Assembly (NCBI GenBank): GCA_013265495.1
Contig: MU063351.1
Location: 1,467,845-1,531,844 of the forward strand
Origin: Vicugna vicugna
Taxonomy: Eukaryota
Direction of reading: 5' to 3'
Length of the DNA: 64,000 bases
Part shown: one piece after another, positions 1 through 12,438 of the stretch
Position numbering within the stretch: the first letter of the stretch is position 1
Layout of the letters: each line of letters begins with the position of its first letter
Notes under the pieces: model-generated
The model's input: the letters and a program-made list of their open reading frames with translations, nothing else
Database searches by the model: none
Told to the model about the DNA's origin: nothing
Made by a program: the position numbers and the translations under genes

Positions 1-224
1 TTTGCTAGGCAAACACCCATAATGGTGAAACATGGTTGGTTTTTCCTGGAAAGCCAGAAAAATGTCATGCAACACAGTGCTGGTTGAAGATGAAACAAAT
101 CATACTCTATTTCTTTAAGTTATTAATTCTATTTTCTGAAAATATGGGTAGTATATTAGTAAATAGCCCAATGAAAGGATATAGGATAAATGTGCTGTTA
201 TATATAAAAGTTCAAAAGGTAGCA

Positions 225-420
225 TGTATGAAAGCCCTACCTGCAATGGGAAAGAGCTTAGCGAGTTCCAGGAAGGGAAGGAAACCAGAGCGGCAGGAGC
301 AGAGTGGTCAAGCTGGAGACTGGTGGGAGATAAGCCAAGAGGGACCAGATCATATGGGTTTACAGGCCATGTTAAGGAAATTGGGCTTTATCCCCAGTGT
401 GATTGAAATTGTTATCCAAC
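225..420 (-). mobile_element. L2 LINE fragment (ancient)
   Basis: gggaccagatcatatgggtttacaggccatgttaaggaaattgggctttatcccc resembles the antisense L2 3' region as recalled; explains the 36-425 ORF. Confidence 0.6.
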
Positions 421-1384
421 AGTAGAGGAATGGGTTAGTAAATTATGTGATAGCAACACCTCAGAATACTATCCCTCCCTGATTTCCAGAGTGTGTTCTA
501 AGCAGTTTTCTGTAGAACAGATGTTTGATTGTATATTTCTTTTTAAGTTTCACGTTAAAATTAATTTGAAGAAAATACGTCATCATCTTTTTTTTTAATG
601 CCTATGACAATATTACAGGCTTTGGGAAATCCTACAGTAAAAGAATGTATTTACTTTTAACAATTTTACAAACTTATTTGGCCTCAGAGATGTTTTATTT
701 TCCCCAAGTAACACCAGCTAAAATCCCACGAAACTAGCATTTGTAAAAATATCCCTTGATAAATGTTGCTGTATATCCATTTTAAATGATCACATATAGA
801 AAGTCTGTGGAAAAATGAAAAATATCCCATGATTGCAACTATCTGAAAATAAGAATGCATGTGAAAGCAACATGGAACAATGAAAATATCTGTTGCTTAG
901 GATGACAGATATTATCAGTGATTTTATTTTCTCTATTAAGTCTTTCTTTAATTTGTATATTAAATCATTTTTTCAATTAAAAATTATAAAGTAGTAAAAA
1001 GTTATGAGAGCCATATTTTTGAACGTATTTGAAGTTTTGCCAATTCAATCAATTCACAGCCTGCTGCACAAATTTCACTTCATTAGTGTGTCTAGAGACA
1101 TTTTATGATGGAGAAGAAACCAGTCATCATAATACCAGTTCTAATCCCCTTGCTGGCAGGTTGATCTAATTAACATCTCTTAATTGGATGAATTAATTTA
1201 AACTAAAACACAACTTGATTCATACCATGTTTAACTACAGACATTCTTTATAAGATCCATAAAAGCCTCTGAACTTACCTTCCAATCCCATTACTACCCA
1301 GAAAGCCATTTCAGAGAGTATTTCATATACACAAATCAAAATCTTTTTATAACTTTGGTGTTGGTGCCAGAAATTAAATTCTAT

Positions 1385-1760
1385 ATATTCATTCATTCCA
1401 TTCATTCAACATTTACTGAAAGCACTAGACTATGCCTAAGAGTATCATAACTGAAGAAGACAAAATCCTTATCAACAATGAGGTATCAGTGATACAGACA
1501 TGCAAAAAATGTGACATAGAATAAATACTCTGATTTTGGTATATTGGCATAATGTTGGTACAAAGAAGAGAGAAGTCAGTTCTTCCCAGAATAGGGAGAG
1601 TAAATCAGAAAGGCTTCAAAGAGGATGGGACATGTTTGAGCCACATCTTCAAAAATGACCATGACTTTGCCAGACAGGTGAAGTTAGGAACATTCCAGTC
1701 AGAAAAGAGGGTGTACAAAGAATGGATGTGTGATTCGGTGCAAGAACAAGGTGGGACATA
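1385..1760 (-). mobile_element. L2 LINE 3' fragment
   Basis: Starts with cattcattcaacattttactgaaagcactagactatgcc (reverse complement of the L2 tail), followed by purine-rich L2 body. Confidence 0.65.
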
Positions 1761-2479
1761 ATAAAAGGGCAAATGGAAACCTGCCCTAGATCTATCAAAT
1801 AAGATACAATTAACAAGTAACCATAGGTTTGAATTTTAGATGGGAGCAACCACTACAAAGCAAGAGCAGATTCAGAGAACCAAAGAGGAGTAGATTGAAA
1901 CTGCAGTAGATTGAAGAGTAAATAAAGGTCTCAGGAAGCACACTCAGTAGACCCAGTTATATGTGGGATAACATTTTGGTAAGTGATATTCTTAAACTCA
2001 TGTAATAAGTAGGTGCTTATGATGGGATTCTGTAGTGCATTAATGATAAAGTGTATTTTGTAACCCTGGACTTCTAATGTGTAGCAGTGACAGAATGTAA
2101 CGTATAGATGACTCGTATGAACTCAAGCAGTTCATCCTTTTGCTTCCTTATAAACAATAGCACGTCATGGTAAGTTGTATGTAAATCTTGATACACTCAG
2201 TTGGAAATGCTATATAAATATAAAGGGTGATTTGTCAAATCCACTTCAAGTACAAAGACTCCTAAAGTAGGTGGCACAGAAACATGTGATCTGAGATCTT
2301 TGATGAAACAAAGAGGAGAGTGGTGCATATTCATAGCGATACTACACTTTGAGTGTTTTCAGCATTTCTCTAAGGGTTGCAGGACACATTGTAAGTATGT
2401 TTACTCTCGCATGAAGAGAGTGGTCTGTGTTCACATTCAAAGAAAGGTAAACAGGTAACATTGTAAAATGCAAGAACTG

Positions 2480-2625
2480 CAAGGGACCTTAAGCATCCTC
2501 TAACCAACCTCTTCATTCTATGGATGAAAACAGAATCAGAGAGGTTAAGTAGGTTGCCCACATCTCACACAGTGAGTCAGAGCTGAAACCAAGATTGCAA
2601 CCCAAGATCCCTGCTTCCAGTAGTC
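2480..2625 (-). mobile_element. MIR SINE fragment
   Basis: ggatgaaaacagaatcagagaggttaagtaggttgcccacatctcacacag matches the antisense MIR core. Confidence 0.7.
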
Positions 2626-2889
2626 AGGTACATTTGTTTTCATTGAATTCTCCTGGCCCAAAGCCTGAAACTAAGTCTGAAACAGAACCAAGGGAGTTAA
2701 AAGTAGAATCTGCAATACAGTGATCCTATTACCTGTTGGCCTATAACTGAGGGTGAGTGTTAAACTGAGCATGGGGGTAGGGAGGGTCACTGTGAACGCC
2801 TGCTACATGCCAGTCACTTTGCTGGGTGTTGTGCATACACTCATGACACATGATGCAAAGTTATCCTCTCATCATTTCATAGTCAGTGA

Positions 2890-3160
2890 GAAAATAAATA
2901 TTTCCTGGGGGGCTCTTATGTGCCAAGGATAGTTCTATGCCCTAGAGATCACATCACACTCAATAAGACAGAGTCCTTCCTTCACAGAATTACATTCAAA
3001 TTAGGAGAGACAGAAAATAAACCAGCCTACTAACGACTACACTAGAGAGTAGTACGTGTTAGACAGAGAAATAAAGTAAAATGATGCATTTGAGTGCAGG
3101 AGGGAAGGTGGGAGAATGGGCACTGCCTCATCTGGTGCAGTCAGGAAAGCCTTCTCCAGC
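2890..3160 (-). mobile_element. L2 LINE 3' fragment
   Basis: aaataaatatttcctggggggctcttatgtgccaagg...aagacagagtccttccttcacagaattacattc...agtcaggaaagccttctc are typical antisense L2 motifs. Confidence 0.65.
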
Positions 3161-5011
3161 TCTTTTCCTTACTGGCTGATAAAAAAGACATGCAATCAGC
3201 AATTGGGCATGAACCTTCACATTAGCAGATGTGAAGATGGCCTAGAACCTGATGTCCAGGAGTAAAACCAAGTCAGAAGTCAGGGCAGGGCATGTGTGAG
3301 CCTGTGTGTGGAGGCACCAACAGAAGTGGGAGAGAATGGGCTGAGGACAGCTCAAAAGAATTTTCTATAACAGTTTGCTGCTGTTTCCTGTGGCTTCTGC
3401 TAGGCTGAGCAACTTAAAATGCACAGGTTTTCACTCAGTGGCCTTCATTCCTCAAGGCGCTAATAATATCCAATGCCTCCCCCCACTCCCGCACACTTCT
3501 CTCCATATGATTCTTTTCTTCTTTTAACTGGATATAACTGTTTCATAACCGATGGGTTGAAGTAAAGGTGATAGAGGATGACTATCAAGACCCCTGTGCT
3601 AATCACAAGCACTTCTGTAACCAAGACCAATGGGACAGAGTGGTGGAAATGCTGGTCGAGTGGACATTCCAACAGGCATGAGCAGACTGAACCCAAAGCG
3701 AGTGAGTACCATCAGGACTCCTTAAGGGAAAACAGCAATGAGGTGTTGGAATTAATTTGAGGCTTCTGACACTGACAGACTTGGAAGCAACACGAAGCTC
3801 AAAAAGTCAGTCTGCTTTGGGAATGTTAAAAGGAAACACTTGTTTGGAAAGAATGTTTAAGTGTGAAAAAGAAAGACTATTTTCAGCAGAATTTGTGAGC
3901 AGTGAGCCTGACCACACACTGGGGGCTGAGAGAAGATATATCACTGAGGGAACCGTGGTCTAGCTCCCAGCAGTTTTCATGCCCAGCACCCAATTGAGAA
4001 ATAATATGCTGTGATTAATGTCTGCAACATGCCAAATGACTCCACTGGGAGTGAATCAGGCTCCCATATCCAATCTTGGTCTTATTTCTATGCTTCCTTC
4101 TCCTTGCCCCAGCATTCCCTGTGTTTCTTCATTCCATGGTGACTGTGTACACTTGAAGAATCACACACCTTGGGTTTAACTGTTTCATAAATCATTTCCT
4201 CATTCTCCATCGGCAAAAACAAGTTCACACAGAATGCCACACTTCAGTGAGAGGGTTCCAATTAAATCCACTAGACCATATTTCCTGTAACACATCCCCA
4301 GATGAAGTTAAAGCCAACAGGCTAAAGGACTCCATGCCTGGAGCGAGTTTACTCACTCCATTTCTGGGTTAACTGTGGTGTGTTTTATGACATCTCTCCC
4401 TACTCTTGGTGTCTGAATAGACATTCAATCTTTTATTTGCCTTGTTGGTGTGGTATTCAGGAACAATTTGGATCCTGGGGGTAAAAGATTATATACTATT
4501 CTCATTTATCTTCCTGGATAGCTTTTTCTAGCACTGCATCAAGCACCACTGGATTCTAAAAAGCACCCTTCTCATGATCAACATGCACTGAAAATGTCAA
4601 GTCATTCTCCAAATTCCATCATCATGCTACACCCATGAAGATGACACACCTGGGAAATCTCTGGCTGCACAGGGTTAAGGATGCCTTCCTAGTCTGAAAA
4701 CTCCACTTCCTATCCCTTGATTTGCTAATCCAGTAAGACAAAACTCTCCTTTGCTTCTCAGTGAAAGCTCCTAATGATGTATTCTATATGATCATTGCCT
4801 TTGGAATGGTTAATTTTCCACTTAAAGCAAAGGCAACTTTGCCTTCATAACATTGTAAATGTAAAAGTTCTTTGCCCTTTGAAGATATTAGAGACAGAAA
4901 TTTGAAAATGTTTTTATCGGGTGATAATAATAACAGATATCTCTGACTAATGATACTTCACCAAGGTGAAGGAGAAAATTTTTTTATATTTCAGGTTAGA
5001 CTTACAGTGTT

Positions 5012-5191
5012 TAGTACAAGCTACTATGTATAAAATAAACAAGCTACAAGGATATACTGTAAAGCATAGAGAATAGAGCCAATATTTTATAATAACTTTA
5101 AATGGAGTATAATCTATGAAAATATTGAATCACTACGTTGTACACCTGAAACTAATGTAACATTGTAAATCAACTATACTTCAATAAAAAA
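5012..5191 (+). mobile_element. 5'-truncated L1 3' end (laurasiatherian type)
   Basis: ctactatgtataaaataaacaagctacaaggatatactgt...ttgtacacctgaaactaatgtaacattgtaaatcaactatacttcaataaaaaa is a canonical L1 3' terminus with short A tail. Confidence 0.85.
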
Positions 5192-5562
5192 TACATTTTA
5201 ATATATTCTTTAGGCATAAACATGATATTTCAGGAAATCACTGAAAATTGTCTCAGTTCAACTTTTTCCAGCAATAAAGGAAACTTTAAGATTGTGAGCT
5301 ATCACTTGATAAAATATGACATGATATAATATATGTATAAAATGTATATAAATATATAAAGAATATCTATTGCCTAAAGGTTTAAAGCTTAAGAGATCAT
5401 ACATTTTAAAATTTTATAGCTAACCTTATAATTTTCTCATTTCAGATTTCCTGGATCAAAGATACGGAATTAAGAAGCATGATTTTACATGACTACGTGT
5501 AATATTTTGTAACATACATGTAGTAAATTGCACATTTTGTTTTATTAAACATAGTGACACAC

Positions 5563-6198
5563 TGTGCAACCTCATTCTTCACAGATTCCATATCTGCAAA
5601 TTCCCCTACTTGCTAAAATTTACTTGTAAGCCCAAAAGCAATATTCACAGCACTTTCATAGTCATTTGAAGACACGAGGAGTGGTGAAAATTTTGAATCG
5701 CCTGACGCGCACATTCCCAGCTGGGGTCAAACAAGGCAACACTGCCTTCTTGTTTCAACTTCTATGAGATAAATAAGTGTGCTTTTCAAGGTCAACTAAG
5801 TGCCACATTTTTCATGTCGTTGTGCTTTTTGTTGGTAATTTCACTCTTCAAAATGGTCCCAAACATAGAGCCGAAATCCTGTCTAGTGTCTCTTAGGGCG
5901 AGAAGACTGTGATGTTCCTCCCAGGGGATACACCTGTGTTAGATAAGTTGTTCAGGCATCAGTTGCAGCGCTGGTGGCTGTGAGTTCAATGTTAATGGAT
6001 ATATTAAATAAGGCATCTAAACAGAAACACACCTAAAACAAGGTTTTGTATTGATCAGTGACAAAAATGTTGTAACCACAGGCTGGTAGAAACTACATCC
6101 CTTATTTCTCCTAAAAGTAATGGTTCAGCATTCACTAGTACAGCATTCAAAGTGACTTTATAGCACAGAGCTCCCATGAATAATGAGAATCAACTCTA
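5563..6198 (-). mobile_element. MER82-like Tigger (TcMar) non-autonomous DNA transposon, near full length
   Basis: Internal cgcacattcccagctggggtcaaacaaggcaacactgccttcttgtttc and degenerate terminal inverted repeats (cctcattcttcacagattcc ... atgaataatgagaatcaact followed by TA) match the recalled MER82 consensus; ~640 bp. Confidence 0.8.
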
Positions 6199-7199
6199 TA
6201 CATTTAAAATAAGCTCATATGTTACCACAAATTCTCTCCAGGGTTCTGTGCTTCCCACTCTGAAAACTCAACAACTATGACTATGGACTTCTTTTTCCTT
6301 AGACCCTACCTTACTTAGCACAATTAAAATGGGGAGTTTTTTTACCCTGGTTATCAGATGATGCTTCCCAAGAGGAATAAAGTCCTGGCCAGCAAATCTG
6401 GGGGGCTGAACAGGGCTTCCTACTCAGGGAAGCCCTCTAGCCAGAGCTGTCATGAGGAATGTGGGCAGCTCCCAGAGGCTGTGTCCTACACGAAGCCACG
6501 TCAGCACTAAGGTGTGCACTGCATAGCCAGGTTATCACACCTGAATGGGGCAAGATGAGAAGGGAGAGTCAAGAGGAGAACCAAGAGGCTCAGAAAGTGA
6601 TCTGGGCAGAGGTTCAAAGGGGAGATGGGAAGGCAGGATCTGGAGGGATGACTGTGTCAGTACCAGGAGTCTCCTGAGAAGTCAGAGGTGGAGATGGTGA
6701 CCTCAGGCCGAGAGGGAGGGGAGCTGCTAAAGTGCTGACAGGAAGTTAACAAGGTGGTCGGCTATCTAAGTAACCTCCAAGGGAGGTGGACAAATCTTCA
6801 AGGATCCTTTCAGCCCCTTGGATGTATGATGACAGGGTGATGATAAAGAATACCAGTGCCGACTGGAAGATCAGCTCTGTTCATTTTTATTGAGATTCCT
6901 ACTTGCCATTAGAGTCCTTAAAAGAGAAACGTATGTCTTTTGGGGACAAGTTTCCCTGGTCTCTAGCAGGATAGAAGTATTTTGTAATACAAATTGTCTT
7001 TTGACTTTCTTAAATTGTTACAAAAAGGGATAGAAAGATTTTTTTAAAGCCTGGTTGTCTCCAATTATTGCATCAGTCTAGTCTCTGTTTTCTAACTTTT
7101 ATTATAAAACTTCTCAGTCATACACAAAGTAAAAAGAATCATCTTAACCTGTTAGCCCAGCTTTTCATCCTCTTATTTGACTAAAAGAGGGTTCATATA

Positions 7200-7360
7200 T
7201 TTTTTCATTCAAGAAGTATTTACTGAGCAACAGCCATGTCAGGTACTTTTCAAGTACTGGAGATGTATGAGTGAAAAGAAGAAAGAAAACGGGCAAAAAA
7301 AAAAAAAAAAAACCTGCTGTCAAGGAGCTTACATCCTATTCAGGTAAACAGAGTAAATAA
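7200..7360 (-). mobile_element. L2 LINE 3' end with an expanded A-run
   Basis: ttcattcaagaagtatttactgagcaacagccatgtcagg...cctgctgtcaaggagcttacatc. Confidence 0.65.
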
Positions 7361-7389
7361 TTTTACTGAGATCCACAGGACATCACTAT

Positions 7390-7536
7390 NNNNNNNNNNN
7401 NNNNNNNNNNNNNNNNNNNNNNNNNNNNNNNNNNNNNNNNNNNNNNNNNNNNNNNNNNNNNNNNNNNNNNNNNNNNNNNNNNNNNNNNNNNNNNNNNNNN
7501 NNNNNNNNNNNNNNNNNNNNNNNNNNNNNNNNNNNN
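7390..7536. other. N-run (147 nt), right flank MIR-like
   Basis: Ns seen directly; right flank ccagagtctgcgctcttaaccaccatgc resembles the antisense MIR 5' end. Confidence 0.95.
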
Positions 7537-7889
7537 GTTCAGAATGCTCCAGAGTCTGCGCTCTTAACCACCATGCATACTGTCTGTCTACACTTCAGCA
7601 GGTCCTGCCTCTTCCAAAACTCATTTCTCTGAAGAATCCTAGGCTTCCCTGACTTCCCTGATATGATAATTACAGCAACAGGGTAGATGTTTGCTACATA
7701 ACTTTTTCTCTCTGTTCATATTGACCTCATGGAATCTCTAGATTAACAAAGCTGTGGCTAATTGTATTTGTTGGTCCTACTTCATATCAAAAGACATGTC
7801 TTTTTGCAGACTCCAATTCAAATATTATAGCAAATTAAAATACTTTTTCTGAGCTATCAAAATCCCATGCTCTCTACCCTAATATTAAG

Positions 7890-8090
7890 AACAGCTAACA
7901 TTGATTGAGTCTTTGTTATGTGCCAGGCACTGAGCTGAGTATTTTAGGTGCCTTCACAGAGACCTTGTAACAATTCTGTAAGATAAATATTATTATCCCC
8001 ATGCTACTGATGAAGAAATGGGGGCACAAACAGGTTGTGTAACCTACCCAAGTACTCATGGCTAGAAAGTGGCAGAACCAGACCTTGACT
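7890..8090 (-). mobile_element. MIR SINE
   Basis: aacagctaacattgattgagtctttgttatgtgccaggcactg...attatccccatgctactgatgaagaaatgggggcac. Confidence 0.75.
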
Positions 8091-9118
8091 TTATTCTACA
8101 TTTTTTACTACACCACCCTCCATCTCCACGTTATTGGAATTCTCTATACTATAAAATCTAGAACTCTTTTAATGATTCAGCAGAAATATTTTACGTGTAT
8201 CATCACATATAATATTTTTCAAAACAAACCTTTTCAGCTTTGTATTGTCTCACACTGCATTTCAAATTGCATTAAAATCTTCAGTTAGTTCTCCAAAGGA
8301 TGTTCTGATTATCTCATCCTATTTAATCATTCAAGATTAGGGTAAACCAACAGAGGATTCAAGAATGGAGTAAACCAACAGAGGGAGAGTTTTTACGTTG
8401 AGGCCAAGCTCTCATTATTAATGGTATCTGAAGAGATAGTAAAGGGACCCAGAAATAGGATAGAAATCACATACCAAGGAAAACATTCAATAATGTAGAT
8501 CCCACATCAAGCCATAAATCATCAAATAAGAACTAGTAGAGTGCTTGCCGACATTGGTTTGATTAATGAATGAATTTTAAAGTCATTTGCAAACAAATCA
8601 GACTCTTCTTTCGAAAAGTAGTCTTGAAATTCAATAGTAAACTATTTATGTTACTAGCTAGCAAGGTGGGGTTGTAGCACCACTTCTGTAATCTCCCAGG
8701 GTGCAGATGGGAAGAGAAAAATTCCCCTACTATGTTAATGGCCTATTCCTTCTCCTCTTCCTTCCTTCCAACAAAAAGAAAAACAGTAATGACTACAGCT
8801 ATTACTATTAAGCATTGTAGCAAGTGTTTGACCTGCATTGTTTTATTTGCTCTCCACAAAAACCCCCTTTAGTAAAAGTCAGTAGCCTCATTTTAAGTAT
8901 TAGTATCGTTTTTAAAAACACCAATCATTTTACCAATTACTGATCATTTATCAGTAACTATCGGTAGCCCCATTTTACTAATGCGACTGAAAAATTTAAA
9001 TAAATAGCCCCACTAAGATATACTAGGGACTTCTAAATCTCAGTGTTGGGGAGGAATTTTAGGCATTGTGGCAAGCCAGTCAGAAAGAGAATTTTTGTTT
9101 GAGGATTAGGAGACTCAC

Positions 9119-9157
9119 TTTTTTGAATTACTCTTCAAACCTTCCTTCATGGAGCAC
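9119..9157 (-). other. Candidate 39-nt spliced exon containing an ATG
   Basis: Minus strand: ACTAAC branch motif (9170-9175), ttattttcgtAG acceptor, exon GTGCTCCATGAAGG...TCAAAAAA, donor GTGAGT at 9118; one open frame (CSMKEGLKSNSK); no recognisable homology. Confidence 0.3.
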
Positions 9158-9269
9158 CTACGAAAATAAGTTAGTTCCAGAGTTCTCACCCAAATCACTC
9201 TCAGATTAGAGAGCCCTGGATTGCAAAACAAAAGTATCCAGTGCGACTTGAAAGGGGAAGAGGCACATG

Positions 9270-9500
9270 AGAAGGAAAACGCGTCCAAGTGTGCACAAAC
9301 AAGCTTTCCCTCCACCACCAGGCACATTTACAAGTGACCACGAAAATTGTGATTTAACGGTCCAGCATGTGGTATAAAATGTCAGCAACTTTCACAGTTT
9401 TGAACACGGTGCAAAAAGAGAGGCAGAGAGAGAAGTCTGCTCTTTACACCCACACAGTACTGTATACTTGACTTGAGCGCCCCGAAAATTCCCCTAAGCA
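9270..9500. promoter_or_regulatory. Repeat-free, CpG-retaining putative promoter/enhancer
   Basis: Several CpGs in AT-rich context; near-kB motif gaaaattccc at 9484-9493; lies just upstream (minus-strand sense) of the 9118 donor. Confidence 0.3.
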
Positions 9501-10333
9501 TTTTTATCGTTACGTATCACTTGTATCACTCCACAGTTTAGTCAGCCAAACCATATCCTTTTCCAGCTTTAGATAAATTGCCTTTTGACAAACTGCACAC
9601 AGACAAAATATCACGAAGTCCCCAGGTTGTAATCTTTACCCTGTTTTTCTACCGAGATGAGTAAGATTTTCCTGTTTAGTTTAAGTGCATAAGAACCAGA
9701 TGTATATAACATGCGAGTACAGTCATTAGTATGTTTACTTCTTCTTTCTTACAATGTATCTGAGTTTTATCATTACCTTTGCCCAGATTATGGCACTTGC
9801 AAAATGTAAAAAAGAAAATTGCTGTGCAAGGACATACTGGTTTTAAAAAGAGGTGGCCATTTGACCTTTCTAACTCTCATCATGATGGATAAAGCTTTAG
9901 ATGTATTGAGGGAAAAATGATCATCAAAAAGTGCTAGATGCTTTGTCACTTTCACCAAATTTATAGTCAATATTTAAATAAATCCTTTAATATACTATAG
10001 AGAAACCCAACTGTGTAAACCACTACAAAATGTTTGGGCATAGCTCATTTTAGCCAAAGTCAAATAAAAGTTCAGCTCACCTTTCTGTGCTATAACAAGG
10101 TTATGTTTATTTTGAAGAAAACACAGTAAGTAATACTTTATTTGTCCAGCTAATATTAAATTTATGTTCAATGGCTTTCTAAGAATATACTTAAGACTAA
10201 GATTAGACAAATGACAATATATGCACAGTTCCTGGTGCCCCTCGACCATTTCAGGTTGTTAACACAACAAAAAGACGTTAGTCATATTAATGTACACAGC
10301 ACTTTTGCCAAGCTAATGAAACTGTTGTGATAG

Positions 10334-10362
10334 CACACACACACACACAAACACACACACAC
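10334..10362. repeat. (CA)n microsatellite, interrupted
   Basis: cacacacacacacacaaacacacacacac. Confidence 0.95.
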
Positions 10363-10829
10363 CAGGGAAGACTAGCAACCATTGGCCAAATAAACCAGTG
10401 ATTGCTCTAAGAATAGCAGTAGAAATAACAACCCTGACAGTGCCTGGCACGTGGCAGGACTTCGGTATTTGTTCACGGATACTGATAGATATTAACCCTA
10501 ATGTGAATTTCTTAAGGAGAACTGTTAAAATTTTGGACTTAGAGAATAAGTCAGAGACAACAGGTTTTGAATATTTTTCACATCTCGGTTTTGTTTTTAT
10601 GTTTTTTCACTAATTTTTTACTTGAAGTTAACATACTACTTCTTGAAATTAGTGTTACACAAGTTGCTGAGTTTATTTTCACATCCTAAAATATATGAGT
10701 TTTACTTTCAGTTTTTACCTAATGCATATTTCGATCAATACACATTAATTCACACAATCCTCTACAAAGTCAAGTGCTTTCAAAATGATTGTACTCTGTA
10801 TTTGTAAAGTACCTTAGGGTTTTCAATCA

Positions 10830-11000
10830 CTTTCATGCCCTTTATCTCATTTAATGGCTGAGAACAACCAGGGGAGTGAGAAAGAAAGCTTCACTGTCCC
10901 CTCTTTACAAGGGAAATGAGCTCAGAGAAGTTAGTGTCTGGGACAAAATCACAGAATTAATTAGTGACACAACTGGAACTGGAATCCAGGCCCTCTGGGT
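10830..11000 (-). mobile_element. MIR SINE
   Basis: tttatctcatttaatggctgagaacaacc...ctctttacaagggaaatgagctcagagaagttag...ggaactggaatccagg. Confidence 0.65.
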
Positions 11001-12438
11001 TTTCCTTCCACATGCCACCCACACATAGTCAGCACAGTAATTACAGCCATAAAATTCATCACACAGAAACGATTTCTACTGTTCTTTCGTTCATTCAACA
11101 AGGGTCTATTTGCTACCTATGTATGCCAGACACTGAACTAGAAAGAGATAAAAGCTCATCAACTCTGCAAGCTTCTCCAGGAGTTTTGTCTGACTCTTTT
11201 CTTTCTTCTTCTCCGTTTCCAGGGGTAGCCTGGGCTTTCCTCCTTAAACTGTCCAAAATAAACATGGCAACAGCTTGAAGTCATAGCATGCCATTGTGGG
11301 CACTGTGCTGAAGGCATCTCAAAGTTCACTTGGGGAAAGTTTCTGAGACATTCCTTGAATCCTCCGTCTCCTAAAGACCAGGGTAAACAGAGGCATGACT
11401 CTGTTCTGCTGAGAAACCATGATTCTGTGATACAGGAAGATGATCTATTTAATGTCCCACTGATTTTTTTTTTCCTATCATCTCTATGGCTAGACCACCT
11501 AGGTACTTGGTAACCTCTTCCCAGTGCACATCCACCTTTCTGGGTGCATGTGATTCACTGAATCCCCCACCCACTCACCTCAGTATGAACATCTAACCAG
11601 GACTGTTTGGGGGAGGTACTTTCCAGAGACTTGAGAATATCAAAATTTCTTATACAAAATTTCTCCTTCCTGAAATGTTATCATTCAAGTTTTATTCTTT
11701 TTTTGTTAAACATGGTTCTCTTCATTCAGATTTGAAAAATACGAGTGTTGTTAGAAAAACTACTGCAGGAAGCTTCTATCACCTTAATGTGAATTTGATT
11801 ACTATGAGCTTTCTAGAAATGTGGGAGGAACCGGGCAACTACATTTAAACAGGGTCCTCGGAAAGGAGCTGTGGAGGAAGAACATTCAGAGGCAGGAGGA
11901 AAAGAGCAAGGCAAGGACTGCCTCAGACACAGCTCTCCAACTTCACAGCTGTGTCAAAAGGAGCTCTGAAGTAAGAGTCATATCATTGGCTCCTGGAGAT
12001 ATTATAGCCACCTGGCAGTTTTTCTGTCTTTGGTCTTTTTTCCTTAATAAAAAATTAATTTTTAATGTAAAAATGAAACTCTGACTTCTATGGGGAAAAC
12101 GGATGAATTACTTAAAGCATGAACATTTCCAGCGGCCACTAAGAAATTTCTACCCAAGTACATCACCAAATCATCAAATTTAAATCATCACCCCCCCTCA
12201 AAACCTCCCCAAACACTTCCCCAGAAATATTCAGTTTTTCCACAAATCCACAATTTAATCTAAGATGCTGGGAAACTCTTTGATGCACTCTTTGTCTTTC
12301 CCTATATCTAATCTATCACTAAACGCTGACATTTCTCCCTTCAAACCGTGCAGTTTGTTTTATCCCATGACTCTATGTCTTTCCATTGCACCCTGGATTA
12401 CAGCAGCGACCCGGGGGTTAGATTACCTGCCTTGAGTC

